Assembly (NCBI GenBank): GCA_031316235.1
Contig: JALDRA010000002.1
Coordinates: 74,066-106,065 of the forward strand
Length of the DNA stretch: 32,000 nucleotides
Source of the DNA: Candidatus Scalindua sp.
GTDB lineage: Bacteria; Planctomycetota; Brocadiia; Brocadiales; Scalinduaceae
Reading direction: 5' to 3'
Shown here one piece after another: positions 8,625 through 17,583 of the stretch (position 1 is its first letter; every line of letters starts with the position of its first letter). The notes beneath the pieces were generated by a model, which saw only the letters and a program-made list of their open reading frames with translations, did not search any database and was not told the origin of the DNA. The translations under genes and the position numbers were made by a program.

Positions 8625-8849
8625 TCAAGTACTCTTAATACCGGTGCCATGTGACTTGATTATTTCAATTGCCTGCGATTTAGTAAATCCCTCATTGCGC
8701 AATGATGAATAAAAATTATACATAAGTTTTGCAAGGATATCCTGTAAGTCACTGCACTGGGGGAGTATCTTTTTCAAAAAAGCGAGACCTTGTTCTACCT
8801 CAATTTGTTCCATTAAATGATCCAGATTGTCCTCTCTTTTGTATTCCAT
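8625..8849 (-). CDS. small hypothetical protein (74 aa)
   Basis: ATG preceded by GAGGT 8 nt upstream on the minus strand. Helical, non-repetitive sequence with no recognisable family. Confidence 0.5.
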   Translation of the reverse strand: MEYKREDNLDHLMEQIEVEQGLAFLKKILPQCSDLQDILAKLMYNFYSSLRNEGFTKSQAIEIIKSHGTGIKST

Positions 8850-9196
8850 GGATTATACTACCTCATAAATAAATGACCTTAATTACTATCCTTCACAGAG
8901 TTCTTCACCAAAGGCAGATGCTGCAGAGCCATCAAGCCTGATGGCTACATCTTGTATGTCAAATGATAGAACTATACTATATTTACCCAATAAGTCAAGG
9001 TTTTTTTATCTCTCCTTAAGACACCGGGGAATATATGTTTCAGGAAATTTTGGGGAATTATTACAAACAAAACCAGTAGTGTCCACTCTGCAAGAGACCG
9101 GCATAAAAATTTATCCAAATATATTTTCTAAAAGAGACGAGATAGCGTATAATACTGATCTTAAAAAATTATTCTATGACTATCGGTTGCAGCACA

Positions 9197-10405
9197 ATGA
9201 AATACGATTTCGATCGTCTGATCTCACGGAAAAACACGGGCTGTATGAAGTGGGACGGTGCAAAGGCTCTCTTTGGTAATACGGATGTCATTCCAATGTG
9301 GGTAGCCGATATGGATATTCCTATTGCTCATCCCATCACCGAAGCAATGAAAGAGAGAGTGGAACACAACATCTTTGGTTATCCGGTGCATCATCCTGAA
9401 TCTGTCATGGAATCCATTATATATAGAATGCAGAAATTGTACAGTTGGCAGATTCTGCCGGAATGGATTGTTTTTACACCCGGTATTATCCCGGCACTCT
9501 ACACCTCGGTTCGGGCTTTTTCTCGCCCGGGAGATGACGTTATTCTTCAGGGGCCAGTTTATCACCCCTTCTGGTCAGCCATCAGGGATAATGGGTGCCA
9601 TGTATCTGAGAACCGTCTCTTACTCAATGATTCACACTATGAAATTGATTTTGATGATCTGAAAACCAAGTTTGGTACAAGAAGCGGCAGGCCCTCCGCA
9701 CCTTCACGTGCACGTTTACTGATTTTATGTAGTCCACACAACCCGGTAGGTCGGGTATGGACCGAAGAGGAGCTGACAAAGATCGGAGAAATTATCACAG
9801 GAAACGGAGCAATCATAGTTTCAGATGAAGTACACAGTGAACTTCTCTTTCGTGATGCCAGACATACGCCGATTGCTTCATTATCTGAGGAATTTGAGCA
9901 AAATTCCATTACGTGCATTTCTCCAAGCAAGACCTTCAACCTTGCCGGATTATATGCATCAGCCATAATTATTCCTAACGCCAGATATCGCAGGAAATTC
10001 CAAGAGGCCCGCAAAGGGATTGTACCGGGACCGAATGTATTCGGATTAACAGCAATGGAGGCCGCGTATAAACATGGAGACGAATGGCTGGAACAATTAT
10101 TGGTATATCTGAACAGTAATCTGGAATATTTACTCGACTATTTTGAGAGGAGAATCCCTGCAATAAGGGTTATCAAACCAGAGGGGACCTACCTGGTATG
10201 GTTAGATTGCCGTAAACTGGGATTCGTCCCCGAAGACCTGAAAAAATTCCTGACAAATGATGCAGAAGTTGGCCTTGATGAAGGCTCCCTTTTCGGACCA
10301 GGTGGTGCCGGTTTTGCGAGGATGAATATTGCCTGCCCCCGTTCAATTTTGACAGAAGCATTGAAGAGGTTAGAGTCTGCGGTTACTAGACTGAAACCAT
10401 TATAA
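9197..10405 (+). CDS. PLP-dependent C-S lyase / aminotransferase class I-II (MalY/PatB family cystathionine beta-lyase-like)
   Basis: N-terminus MKYDFDRLISRKNTGCMKWD, PLP-lysine motif SPSKTFNLAGL, plus SPHNPVGRVW and DEVHSEL. The track ORF opens at 9176, but the MKYDFD start at 9197 fits the family better. Confidence 0.9.
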   Translation: MKYDFDRLISRKNTGCMKWDGAKALFGNTDVIPMWVADMDIPIAHPITEAMKERVEHNIFGYPVHHPESVMESIIYRMQKLYSWQILPEWIVFTPGIIPALYTSVRAFSRPGDDVILQGPVYHPFWSAIRDNGCHVSENRLLLNDSHYEIDFDDLKTKFGTRSGRPSAPSRARLLILCSPHNPVGRVWTEEELTKIGEIITGNGAIIVSDEVHSELLFRDARHTPIASLSEEFEQNSITCISPSKTFNLAGLYASAIIIPNARYRRKFQEARKGIVPGPNVFGLTAMEAAYKHGDEWLEQLLVYLNSNLEYLLDYFERRIPAIRVIKPEGTYLVWLDCRKLGFVPEDLKKFLTNDAEVGLDEGSLFGPGGAGFARMNIACPRSILTEALKRLESAVTRLKPL

Positions 10406-10459
10406 GATGAGTATAACCACAGCCTGAGCTGCAGGGTATGATAAAATAGGGCCGGATAC

Positions 10460-10497
10460 AAAAAAAAGCCGGCATACTCTCATGCCGGCTTTAATTT
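10460..10497. terminator. bidirectional rho-independent terminator between convergent genes
   Basis: agccggcat (10467-10475), loop actctc, atgccggct (10482-10490). Preceded by an A-run and followed by ttaattt. Confidence 0.8.
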
Positions 10498-10546
10498 GAA
10501 ATTAAAATAATGCTCCTTTTTTTCTCTTACAGACCCCCCCTGCTCA

Positions 10547-11281
10547 TCAGGGAGTTTCTGTTTCTTCAGGTGTTATAATGTCAAGCAGTTCAACCGTAAA
10601 AATCAACGTCTGACTGGGACCAATGCTTGGCGGGGCATTGACTCCATAAGCCAGTTCAGAGGGAATATAAAGCTCACTTTTACCCCCGACCTTCATAAGC
10701 TGTAACCCTTCTATCCACCCTTTGATAACCTGGTTTAATCCAAATTCTGCAGGTTGATTACGCTTGTATGAGCTGTCAAACTCCTTTCCATTAATCAACG
10801 TACCCCGATAATGAACCTTGACGACATCTGTCTCTTTCGGACTGGCACCTTTTCCCTCCGTTATGACTTTGTACTGCAGACCAGAATCGGTGACCTTGAC
10901 TCCTGATTTCTTCTTGTTGGTTTCAAGAAAAGCTTGTCCCAGTCTGGTGTTTTCATCACTTGCCGCCTTTTGTGCTGCCTGGGCTTTCTCTGTTGCCTCC
11001 TCTTGAAAAGCTGTCATGACAGACTCTATCTCTTCCTGCGACATTGCCAACTCGTTTCCCTTTACGATATCATTCAACCCTTTTAGAAACAGATCTTCAC
11101 TTACTTCCAGCTCATTCTGTTTACAGAAACCACCGATCTGAGTACCGATGATATAGCTCATTTTTTGAGACTCCGACCACTTGGCCGAGGCACTTGCAGG
11201 TGCAGCCTCATCTTCTGCAACAACAAAACCCGATAAAATAAACACCATTGAGGCTGAAAGTAACATAATTTTTCGTATCAC
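10547..11281 (-). CDS. periplasmic FKBP-type peptidyl-prolyl cis-trans isomerase (FkpA/Mip-like)
   Basis: Signal peptide MIRKIMLLSASMVFILSGFVVA, a helical N-domain, and the FKBP core VKVHYRGTLINGKEFDSSY...FGLNQVIKGWIEGLQLMKVGGKSELYIPSELAYG. Confidence 0.93.
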   Translation of the reverse strand: MIRKIMLLSASMVFILSGFVVAEDEAAPASASAKWSESQKMSYIIGTQIGGFCKQNELEVSEDLFLKGLNDIVKGNELAMSQEEIESVMTAFQEEATEKAQAAQKAASDENTRLGQAFLETNKKKSGVKVTDSGLQYKVITEGKGASPKETDVVKVHYRGTLINGKEFDSSYKRNQPAEFGLNQVIKGWIEGLQLMKVGGKSELYIPSELAYGVNAPPSIGPSQTLIFTVELLDIITPEETETP

Positions 11282-11462
11282 AGTACACTCCTTATGCAGA
11301 TAATTTTTTAAAATGTAATCGGAATCTCTCTTGCTCCGAATATACGATTAGAACACATTATTACAATATTTCAATAATTATTTCAGATGTTCATAAATCT
11401 CGCGACTTAATATGCCAGGAACAATTAAATCCTTGTATACGAAAACCATTATCTGATGAGTA

Positions 11463-11688
11463 TACATCAAAAAAGAGTCTCTCGCAAAGCCGCAGAGATC
11501 GCAAGGAAGAATGAATGAAAATGAAACAGGCAGGGTTGTGGTTGATGAGTCTATTGTTTCATATAATATTTTACAAAAAGAATTGGATCTCCAATTCAAA
11601 GCTTAATGATTTACGAATAGTAGGAGATACAATAGGTAAACAACTTTCAAGTCTCATAAATTCAATAAAGAAAACAATTACGAAATAA
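11463..11688 (+). pseudogene. chimeric remnant: GxxExxY 5' flank and start joined to the 3' end of a four-helix-bundle gene
   Basis: tacatcaaaaaagagtctctcgcaaagccgcagagatcgcaagg...ggttgtggttgatgagtctattgtttc runs directly into ttttacaaaaagaattggatctccaattcaaagcttaatgatt...acaattacgaaataa, which matches 21476-21595. Confidence 0.7.
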
Positions 11689-11820
11689 CCCTGAACCATC
11701 AGCCATGAGCTATGAGCTATGAGCCATCAGCCATAAGCCATGAACCATCAGCCATCAACCCTGAACCTCTGAACTCAGAACCTTTGAACCTCTAAACGCT
11801 TAACCATGAACCATCAGCCG
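11689..11820 (+). repeat. heptamer tandem array (forward type)
   Basis: ccatgagc, tatgagc, catcagc, cataagc, catgaac, cctgaac and ctctgaac units. Confidence 0.9.
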
Positions 11821-11859
11821 CATTTATTTGCTTTGCGTTCTTCGCGTCTTGGCGTGATA

Positions 11860-11966
11860 TACTAAAAACCAAAGCCCGGCTGCTGGTATCCCCGGACCAG
11901 GCACCGAGGACTTTACTCTCTCCGTTTCTCCTCGGATTTGGTCCGAAAACCATTATAAGATGAGTA
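11860..11966 (-). mobile_element. MITE-A copy (107-bp variant)
   Basis: tactaaaaaccaaagcccggctgctggtatccccggacc...ccgaaaaccattataagatgagta, flanked by TA on both sides. Preceded by the GxxExxY 3' flank tttgctttgcgttcttcgcgtcttggcgtga. Confidence 0.8.
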
Positions 11967-12082
11967 TACTACCCGGATACAAGGCAAGTAACAATTTCAT
12001 ATCTGAAATACACCCATGTACCTGAAGACTGCTGGGTAATTACAGGAACGCAGTAAATGGATAGTTTTCGTTACACTTACTA
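11967..12082 (+). repeat. P-family element, 5'-truncated copy
   Basis: cccggatacaaggcaagtaacaattt...gcagtaaatggatagttttcgttacacttacta. Its last bases contain the TAG stop (12080-12082, minus strand) of the giant gene. Confidence 0.6.
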
Positions 12083-15000
12083 ATTAGCGTCATATAGCAC
12101 TTCATTAGAATAACCACTTTCATTACCGGAACTGTTATAAGCAGTTACTGCAAGGTAATACGTTACGCCGCTTACAAGATCAGACAAGTCATATGTCGTT
12201 TGATTACCCACATCAATAATATCGTCATAATTGCTGCTTGAAATCCCATAGTATACTTTATAACCAGCAATGTCTTCCTCCGTGTTTTCATCCCAGGCAA
12301 GTATATCTGAATTCGTATCTAATACCGTTATCGTTACATCCTGATAATCGGTTAATTCACCATCACTGACAGTGACTGTGACGGTATGGCCACCGGCGTC
12401 TTGAGCAGTTGTTGTGTAAGCACTTGAAGTCATCCAGCCGGAATAGGTATATGTCAGCGGATCATCATCCGGATCTGAGGCTGTGGGATTAAGGGTTATG
12501 GTCACTCCTTCGTTTACTACAATAGAGGGTATTGCGTCAAGTACCGGAGCACGATTTATGTTAGTAACCGTTACTGTAACAGACTGAGAATCCGATGCTG
12601 AACCGTCACTGACCGTTACCGTTACGGTATGATCACCCGCATCATTATAAGAGGTCGTGTAACTTGCAGAAGTCATCCACCCGGAATAGCTGAATGCCAG
12701 CGCATCGCCATCAGGATCTGTTGCCGTAGGATTAAAGGTCACCGTATCACCCTCATTCACCGTGATATTGGTTAATGGATCCAGCACAGGCGCATTGTTC
12801 AATCCAGCCTCTTCCTGCTCTACTATTACAACGGTATACATGCTCTTCCCGGCACCTTCATTACCACCCAGTGTAATCGTCCCTGAAATCACATTACTCG
12901 CATATAAGCTTAAGGTTGTATCCGTTGTTACAAGGTCTTCACCTATGTCAGTATAGGAGGATTCCAACCAGGATGGTTTCGGAGTTATGCGGTCATCATG
13001 AGCAACATACACGATAACGTCCTTATTGACATCAAAACTCAAAAATGATGAAGAGCTGGAGGCCTTGTCGTTGTTTGCCGTCTTGATGTAGGTGACACCT
13101 TCCATCCATACGGGTATTGCACTATAGGTATATCCACGGTCAATGTATACCAATCCACCCTTCTGTAATCCATTTTCAACGATCTCATAGGCCTGGTTAC
13201 TTGAGACAGTAAGGTTGGTAACAGATAGATCTGGTTCTGGTGTTATGTCCACATTGTTGACCGTTACCGTAACAGACTGAGAATCTGATGCTGCTCCGTC
13301 GCTGACGGTTACTGTTACGATATGATCCCCCGCATCATCATAAGAGGTGCCATAACTTGCAGAGGTCATCCACCCGGAATAACTGAAGGTCAATGGGTCT
13401 CCGTCTGGATCGCTGGCTGTCGGGGCAAGAGTTACCGTATCACCCTCATTTACCGTAACAGCCGTAAGATGGGCAAGTACCGGTGCCTGGTTAACATTGT
13501 TGACCGTTACCGTAACAGACTGGGTATCTGATGCTGTCCCGTCACTGACCGTTACCGTCACCGCATGATCACCCGCATCATTATAAGAGGTCGTGTAACT
13601 TGCAGAAGTCATCCACCCGGAATAGCTGAAGGTCAATGGGTCTCCGTCTGGATCGCTGGCTGTCGGGGTAAGGGTTACCGTATCACCTTCATTAACCGTG
13701 ATACCAGCTATATGATCCAATAGAGGAGCGGCATTCACATGAGCCATAACGTCAACTACCGTTATTGTTACGTCCTGAGAATCGATTGAAGCACCATCAC
13801 TTACGGTTACTGTTACTGTGTGAGTTCCTGCATCGTTATAATTAGTTGTATAGCTCCTTGAAGTCATCCAGCCGGAATAACTGAAGGTCAAAGCGTCTCC
13901 ATCTGGATCAGCAGCTGTAGGGGTAAGGGTTACCGTATCACCTTCTTCAACAATTACAACATTTTCCAGATCCTGTGCAACAAAAGATACTTCACCAGAG
14001 TAAATACTTTCATTACCTGATGAATCGTATGCGGTCACTGCCGCATAATAGGTTTCACCACTTATGAGACCAGAAAAGAGACAGTATGTCTGAATTCCAA
14101 CATCAGTATGAGAACCATAATTTCCGCTTGCAGTCCCATAGTAAACTTTATAACCGGCAAGATCCTCTTCATTGTTAGGATCCCAAAACAATGTACCTTG
14201 AATATCTCCGCCAGTTCCAGAAATCGGATTGAGAACAGGTGCACGATTAACATTATTCACCGTTATCGTAACAACCTGGGAATCTGATGCTGTCCCGTCA
14301 CTGACCGTTACTGTCACAGTATGATCACCCGCATCATCATAAGAGGTCGTGTAACTTGCAGAGGTCATCCACCCGGAATAGCTGAAGGTCAGGGTGTCTC
14401 CGTCTGCATCCGTTGCTGTCGGGGCAAGGGTCACCGTATCTCCCTCATTTACCATAACAGGCGAGAGAGTGGAAAGTACCGGTGCCTGGTTAACATTATT
14501 CACCGTTATCGTAACAACCTGGGTATCTGATGCTGTACCGTCACTGACTGTTACGGTCACAGCGTGATCACCCGCATCATCATGAGTTGTTGTGTAACTT
14601 GCAGAGGTCATCCACCCGGAATAGCTGAAGGTCAGGGTGTCTCCGTCTGCATCCGTTGCTGTCGGGGCAAGGGTCACCGTATCTCCCTCATTTACCGTAA
14701 TCCCACTTAATGGATCCAGCACGGGTGCATTGTTCACTTCCGCCACTTCCTGCCCTACTATTACGAAGGTATACATGCTCTTCCCGGAACCTTCATTACC
14801 ACCAAGAGTAATGGTTCCTGAAATCACATTACTCGCATATAAGCTTAAGGTTGTATCCGTTGTTACAAGGTTTTCACCTATGTCGGTAAAGGAGGATTTC
14901 AACCAGGATGGTTTCGGAGTTATGCGGTCATCATGAGCAACATACACGATAACATCCTTATTGACATCAAAACTCAAAAATGATGAAGAGTTTGAAGATT

Positions 15001-15826
15001 TGTCGTTGTTTGCCGTATTGATGTAGGTGGCACCTTCCAGCCATACCGGTATTGCACTATAGGTATATCCACGGTCAATGTATACCAATCCACCATTCTG
15101 TAATCCATTTTCAACGATTTTATAGGCCTTGTTACTTGAGACAGTAAGGTTGGTAACAGAAACATTTGGCACTGGCGTGATGTCCGCATCATTAACCGTT
15201 ATCGTTATACTTTCCGAATCTGTCTCTTTACTGTCACTTACGTGAAAGGTTACATTAGAATATGTTCCTGCCTGACTATAGGTTGGCGTCCATGAAAATG
15301 TTCTGCTGTTTTCATCAAAGCTCGCACCACTGGGGAGATTGCTTGCCGTATAAGCAAGTGTATCTCCTTCTGGATCTGTAGCGGAAATAATCAAGTTTAA
15401 TGCCTGGTTTTCATTAACAGTTTTATTGCCGATCGCTGTTAATACCGGGGGAGAGTTAACTGATGTCAGATCGTTATAAACCACCTCATTAGAGTAAGTG
15501 CTTTCATTACCGGAGAAATCGTATGCCGTTACTGCCAGATAATAATCATTCCCGTCTCCAAGACCCGTAAGTGTGTAACTGGTCTGATTACCAACATCTT
15601 CATGAGAATTATAATTCCCACTTGACGTTCCGTAGTGTACTTTATAACCGGCAAGGTCATCTTCACTGTTTGGGTCCCATAATAACATATCAGCTTGCGC
15701 CGAACACAAATTGGATGTATTGATCAAAATCGCAAGGGTTAGTACGACAAAGGATATGATAGTGGAAATGGAGCAACGAAAATGGAGTGTTCTTGCAAGT
15801 TGCGATAAGACATTTTTTTGTGACAT
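12080..15826 (-). CDS. giant secreted repeat protein (FN3-like plus cadherin/He_PIG-like Ig repeats, adhesin-like)
   Basis: Signal/anchor at the N-terminus. Three FN3-like modules (WDPN.EDDLAGYKV.YG...YY.AVTAYD.SGNES.YS.EV), one He_PIG/cadherin-like module, seven ~83-aa repeats (EGDTVTL.PTA.D.DGD.LTFSYSGWMTS.SYTT..DAGDH.VTVTVSDG) and two ~150-aa modules (DRGYTYSAIPVW.EG.TYI.TANNDK...VIVYVAHDDR). RBS is aggagatactgtc before the ATG. Confidence 0.92.
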   Translation of the reverse strand: MSQKNVLSQLARTLHFRCSISTIISFVVLTLAILINTSNLCSAQADMLLWDPNSEDDLAGYKVHYGTSSGNYNSHEDVGNQTSYTLTGLGDGNDYYLAVTAYDFSGNESTYSNEVVYNDLTSVNSPPVLTAIGNKTVNENQALNLIISATDPEGDTLAYTASNLPSGASFDENSRTFSWTPTYSQAGTYSNVTFHVSDSKETDSESITITVNDADITPVPNVSVTNLTVSSNKAYKIVENGLQNGGLVYIDRGYTYSAIPVWLEGATYINTANNDKSSNSSSFLSFDVNKDVIVYVAHDDRITPKPSWLKSSFTDIGENLVTTDTTLSLYASNVISGTITLGGNEGSGKSMYTFVIVGQEVAEVNNAPVLDPLSGITVNEGDTVTLAPTATDADGDTLTFSYSGWMTSASYTTTHDDAGDHAVTVTVSDGTASDTQVVTITVNNVNQAPVLSTLSPVMVNEGDTVTLAPTATDADGDTLTFSYSGWMTSASYTTSYDDAGDHTVTVTVSDGTASDSQVVTITVNNVNRAPVLNPISGTGGDIQGTLFWDPNNEEDLAGYKVYYGTASGNYGSHTDVGIQTYCLFSGLISGETYYAAVTAYDSSGNESIYSGEVSFVAQDLENVVIVEEGDTVTLTPTAADPDGDALTFSYSGWMTSRSYTTNYNDAGTHTVTVTVSDGASIDSQDVTITVVDVMAHVNAAPLLDHIAGITVNEGDTVTLTPTASDPDGDPLTFSYSGWMTSASYTTSYNDAGDHAVTVTVSDGTASDTQSVTVTVNNVNQAPVLAHLTAVTVNEGDTVTLAPTASDPDGDPLTFSYSGWMTSASYGTSYDDAGDHIVTVTVSDGAASDSQSVTVTVNNVDITPEPDLSVTNLTVSSNQAYEIVENGLQKGGLVYIDRGYTYSAIPVWMEGVTYIKTANNDKASSSSSFLSFDVNKDVIVYVAHDDRITPKPSWLESSYTDIGEDLVTTDTTLSLYASNVISGTITLGGNEGAGKSMYTVVIVEQEEAGLNNAPVLDPLTNITVNEGDTVTFNPTATDPDGDALAFSYSGWMTSASYTTSYNDAGDHTVTVTVSDGSASDSQSVTVTVTNINRAPVLDAIPSIVVNEGVTITLNPTASDPDDDPLTYTYSGWMTSSAYTTTAQDAGGHTVTVTVSDGELTDYQDVTITVLDTNSDILAWDENTEEDIAGYKVYYGISSSNYDDIIDVGNQTTYDLSDLVSGVTYYLAVTAYNSSGNESGYSNEVLYDAN

Positions 15827-16002
15827 GACAGTATCTCCTATTTGTAGCCCAGCAACGACAGGTTAAAGAGATACTGTATTGCCTGGCAGCTTTGCAACCG
15901 TATCCTAAAATAGAGGACGTAGGCCTAAGTTTTGCGTCCTGCCCTTTCGAACAGTTTGCCTTTTTCAGGTTTTTATTAGATTTTTGTTATTTCTCAGTTA
16001 TA

Positions 16003-16139
16003 TACTAACACCAATCTGGTTTTAGATTTTTCTAAAAACCAAAGCCTGGTTAATGGTATCCCCGGACAACCAGGTGCCGAGGACTTTACTCATTCCGTTT
16101 TTTCTCGGATTTTATTTGAAATCCATTATATGACGAGTA
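16003..16139 (-). mobile_element. MITE-A copy (137 bp), flanked by TA/TA
   Basis: tactaacaccaatctggttttag...ggtatccccggacaaccaggtgccgaggactttac...tgacgagta. Confidence 0.8.
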
Positions 16140-16224
16140 TAAATTCGTTTTCATGTCTCGTAGCATAAGTTGTTAACGTTACGCAAATGTAATGCCTCAA
16201 CAAAACTTACCGTGACAAGTATAT

Positions 16225-16375
16225 AATTGTTCTTGAAGAGATACCGTGTGGTGGAACAAAGACTTTCCAGATACAAGGCGCGTAATAATTTGATAACCTG
16301 AAGTTAATCATGTGCTTGAGGATACTGGAATTAATAACGCAGCGCAGTAAATGGATCCTTTTCGTTCAAGCACTA
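16225..16375 (+). repeat. P-family palindromic element, full-length divergent copy
   Basis: ...ccagatacaaggcgcgtaataatttgataacc...gcttgaggatactggaattaataacgcagcgcagtaaatggatccttttcgttcaagcacta aligns with 25805-25953. Confidence 0.65.
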
Positions 16376-16690
16376 TAGAAAACAGCTGATCAAATAAACA
16401 TTTTAACAGCACATTTATTTGTTACTAAATATAGAGGGTAAGTTGATTTTATAAACACCATGATGCTTTATTAGTTATTGCCGCTTGGTTTTTGTCTTAT
16501 AGCGGTAAGAAAATATTTAATGCTTAAAAACTTTGGTTACCTGGTATTATCGTGACAATCCCAAAAATCATTAGCAAGAAAATAACAAACTTCAAGATCA
16601 AAGAGTTCAGCAGTTAACGGATGTTGAAGGATTCAGGATAGAGTTGAATGCTCACAGGATGTGTACGAAAACCATTATCCGATGAGTATA

Positions 16691-16886
16691 AAACTCACAA
16701 TGACATGATTTGTTTCGATATACCCATTGTGAATTACACCGGTAAAAAATAAGTTTTGGGAAAAACTCAATTGCTGGTGCGGGCAGAGTGGTAAACCAGA
16801 GACGTCCCTTCAAACTCTATAGCAGCCGGTAACACAGTCCGTTTTATCAGAAAAATTTAAAAACATTCATTCGCAGATTACACAGA
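16691..16886 (+). repeat. conserved non-coding leader of the four-helix-bundle cassette (copy 1 of 3)
   Basis: aaactcacaatgacatgatttgt...caattgctggtgcgggcagagtggtaaaccagagacgtcccttcaaactctatagcagccgg...cattcattcgcagattacacagag. Paralogous to 20968-21163 and 26231-26426. Confidence 0.8.
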
Positions 16887-16925
16887 GCTCATGGTTGATA
16901 GCTCATAGTTCATAGCTGATGGTTA
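16887..16925 (+). repeat. reverse-type heptamer arm immediately upstream of the cassette ORF
   Basis: gctcatggttgatagctcatagttcatagctgatggtta, identical to 21164-21202 and 26427-26465. Confidence 0.9.
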
Positions 16926-17150
16926 ATGATGGAGAAAATGTGTGAAACAAAGTTTAGTTTTGAAGATTTAGATGTCTGGCAAAAATCTATAGATTTTGCA
17001 GTGAGTGTTATTGGCATTGCAGATACAATGAATTCTGATCGCAATCATTATAGATTGATAGAACAATTAGAATCATCCCCAACATCAATTTCAGCAAATA
17101 TTGCTGAAGGTAAATGGCGTAATTCAATAAAGAAAACAATCACGAAATAA
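16926..17150 (+). pseudogene. four-helix-bundle protein gene with a 168-nt in-frame internal deletion
   Basis: Identical start MMEKMCETKFSFEDLDVWQKSIDFAVSV. The sequence jumps from ...cgtaattc to aataaagaaaac, and aattc is present at both breakpoints in the intact copy. 74 instead of 130 codons. Confidence 0.75.
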
Positions 17151-17401
17151 TTATCAACCATCAGCCATCAACCATAAACTTCTGAAGGCTGAACGCTTAA
17201 ACATAAACCATAAACCATGAGCCCTGAGCCATCAGCCATCAGCCATCAGCCATGAACCATGAGCTTTAATCTTTGAGCCTTTGGCTTTGTTTGTTTTTAT
17301 ACTTTTTAGATTTGACCCATTGCCCTTTCAGCCTTTAACTATGCCATGAGCTATGATCCATCAGCCATCAGCCATGAACCATCAGCCATGAACCATGAAC
17401 C
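17151..17401 (+). repeat. heptamer array with an embedded ~80-nt unique core
   Basis: Forward catcagc/catgaac units on both sides of the core gagctttaatctttgagcctttggctttgtttgtttttatactttttagatttgacccattgccctttcagcctttaacta (17262-17342), which recurs at 29683-29762. Confidence 0.85.
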
Positions 17402-17583
17402 AGGTGCAAAATAACAGGTGGCTGCCTGCTGTCATGACAGTACAACTGGGGCAGAAAACGAGGTTATAAACGATGTAGTTGATACGACAAGTCGCAGTTT
17501 ACAAAACCAGATAGTTGCTGATTTTTCGAAATTGTGCATGATGTTATTTATCCAACTGTTGAGCCTTAAACCTGGCAGCTTGT

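Noticed and set aside
8941-9279. 112-aa ORF upstream of and overlapping the C-S lyase gene
   Set aside because: It has no RBS or family resemblance and overlaps the well-supported lyase start. The region more likely holds the lyase promoter; a TATAAT lies at 9148-9153, a motif match only.
12762-15192. Plus-strand and out-of-frame ORFs inside the giant gene (12762-12956, 13322-13531, 14062-14253, 14321-14530, 14637-14936, 14974-15192)
   Set aside because: These are antisense or alternative-frame shadows that recur because the underlying coding repeats recur. The 1248-aa minus-strand frame explains the region.
15883-15896. Sigma-54-like ctggcagctttgca upstream of the giant gene
   Set aside because: The GG to GC spacing is 3 nt too short, and it is on the wrong strand for the minus-strand gene.
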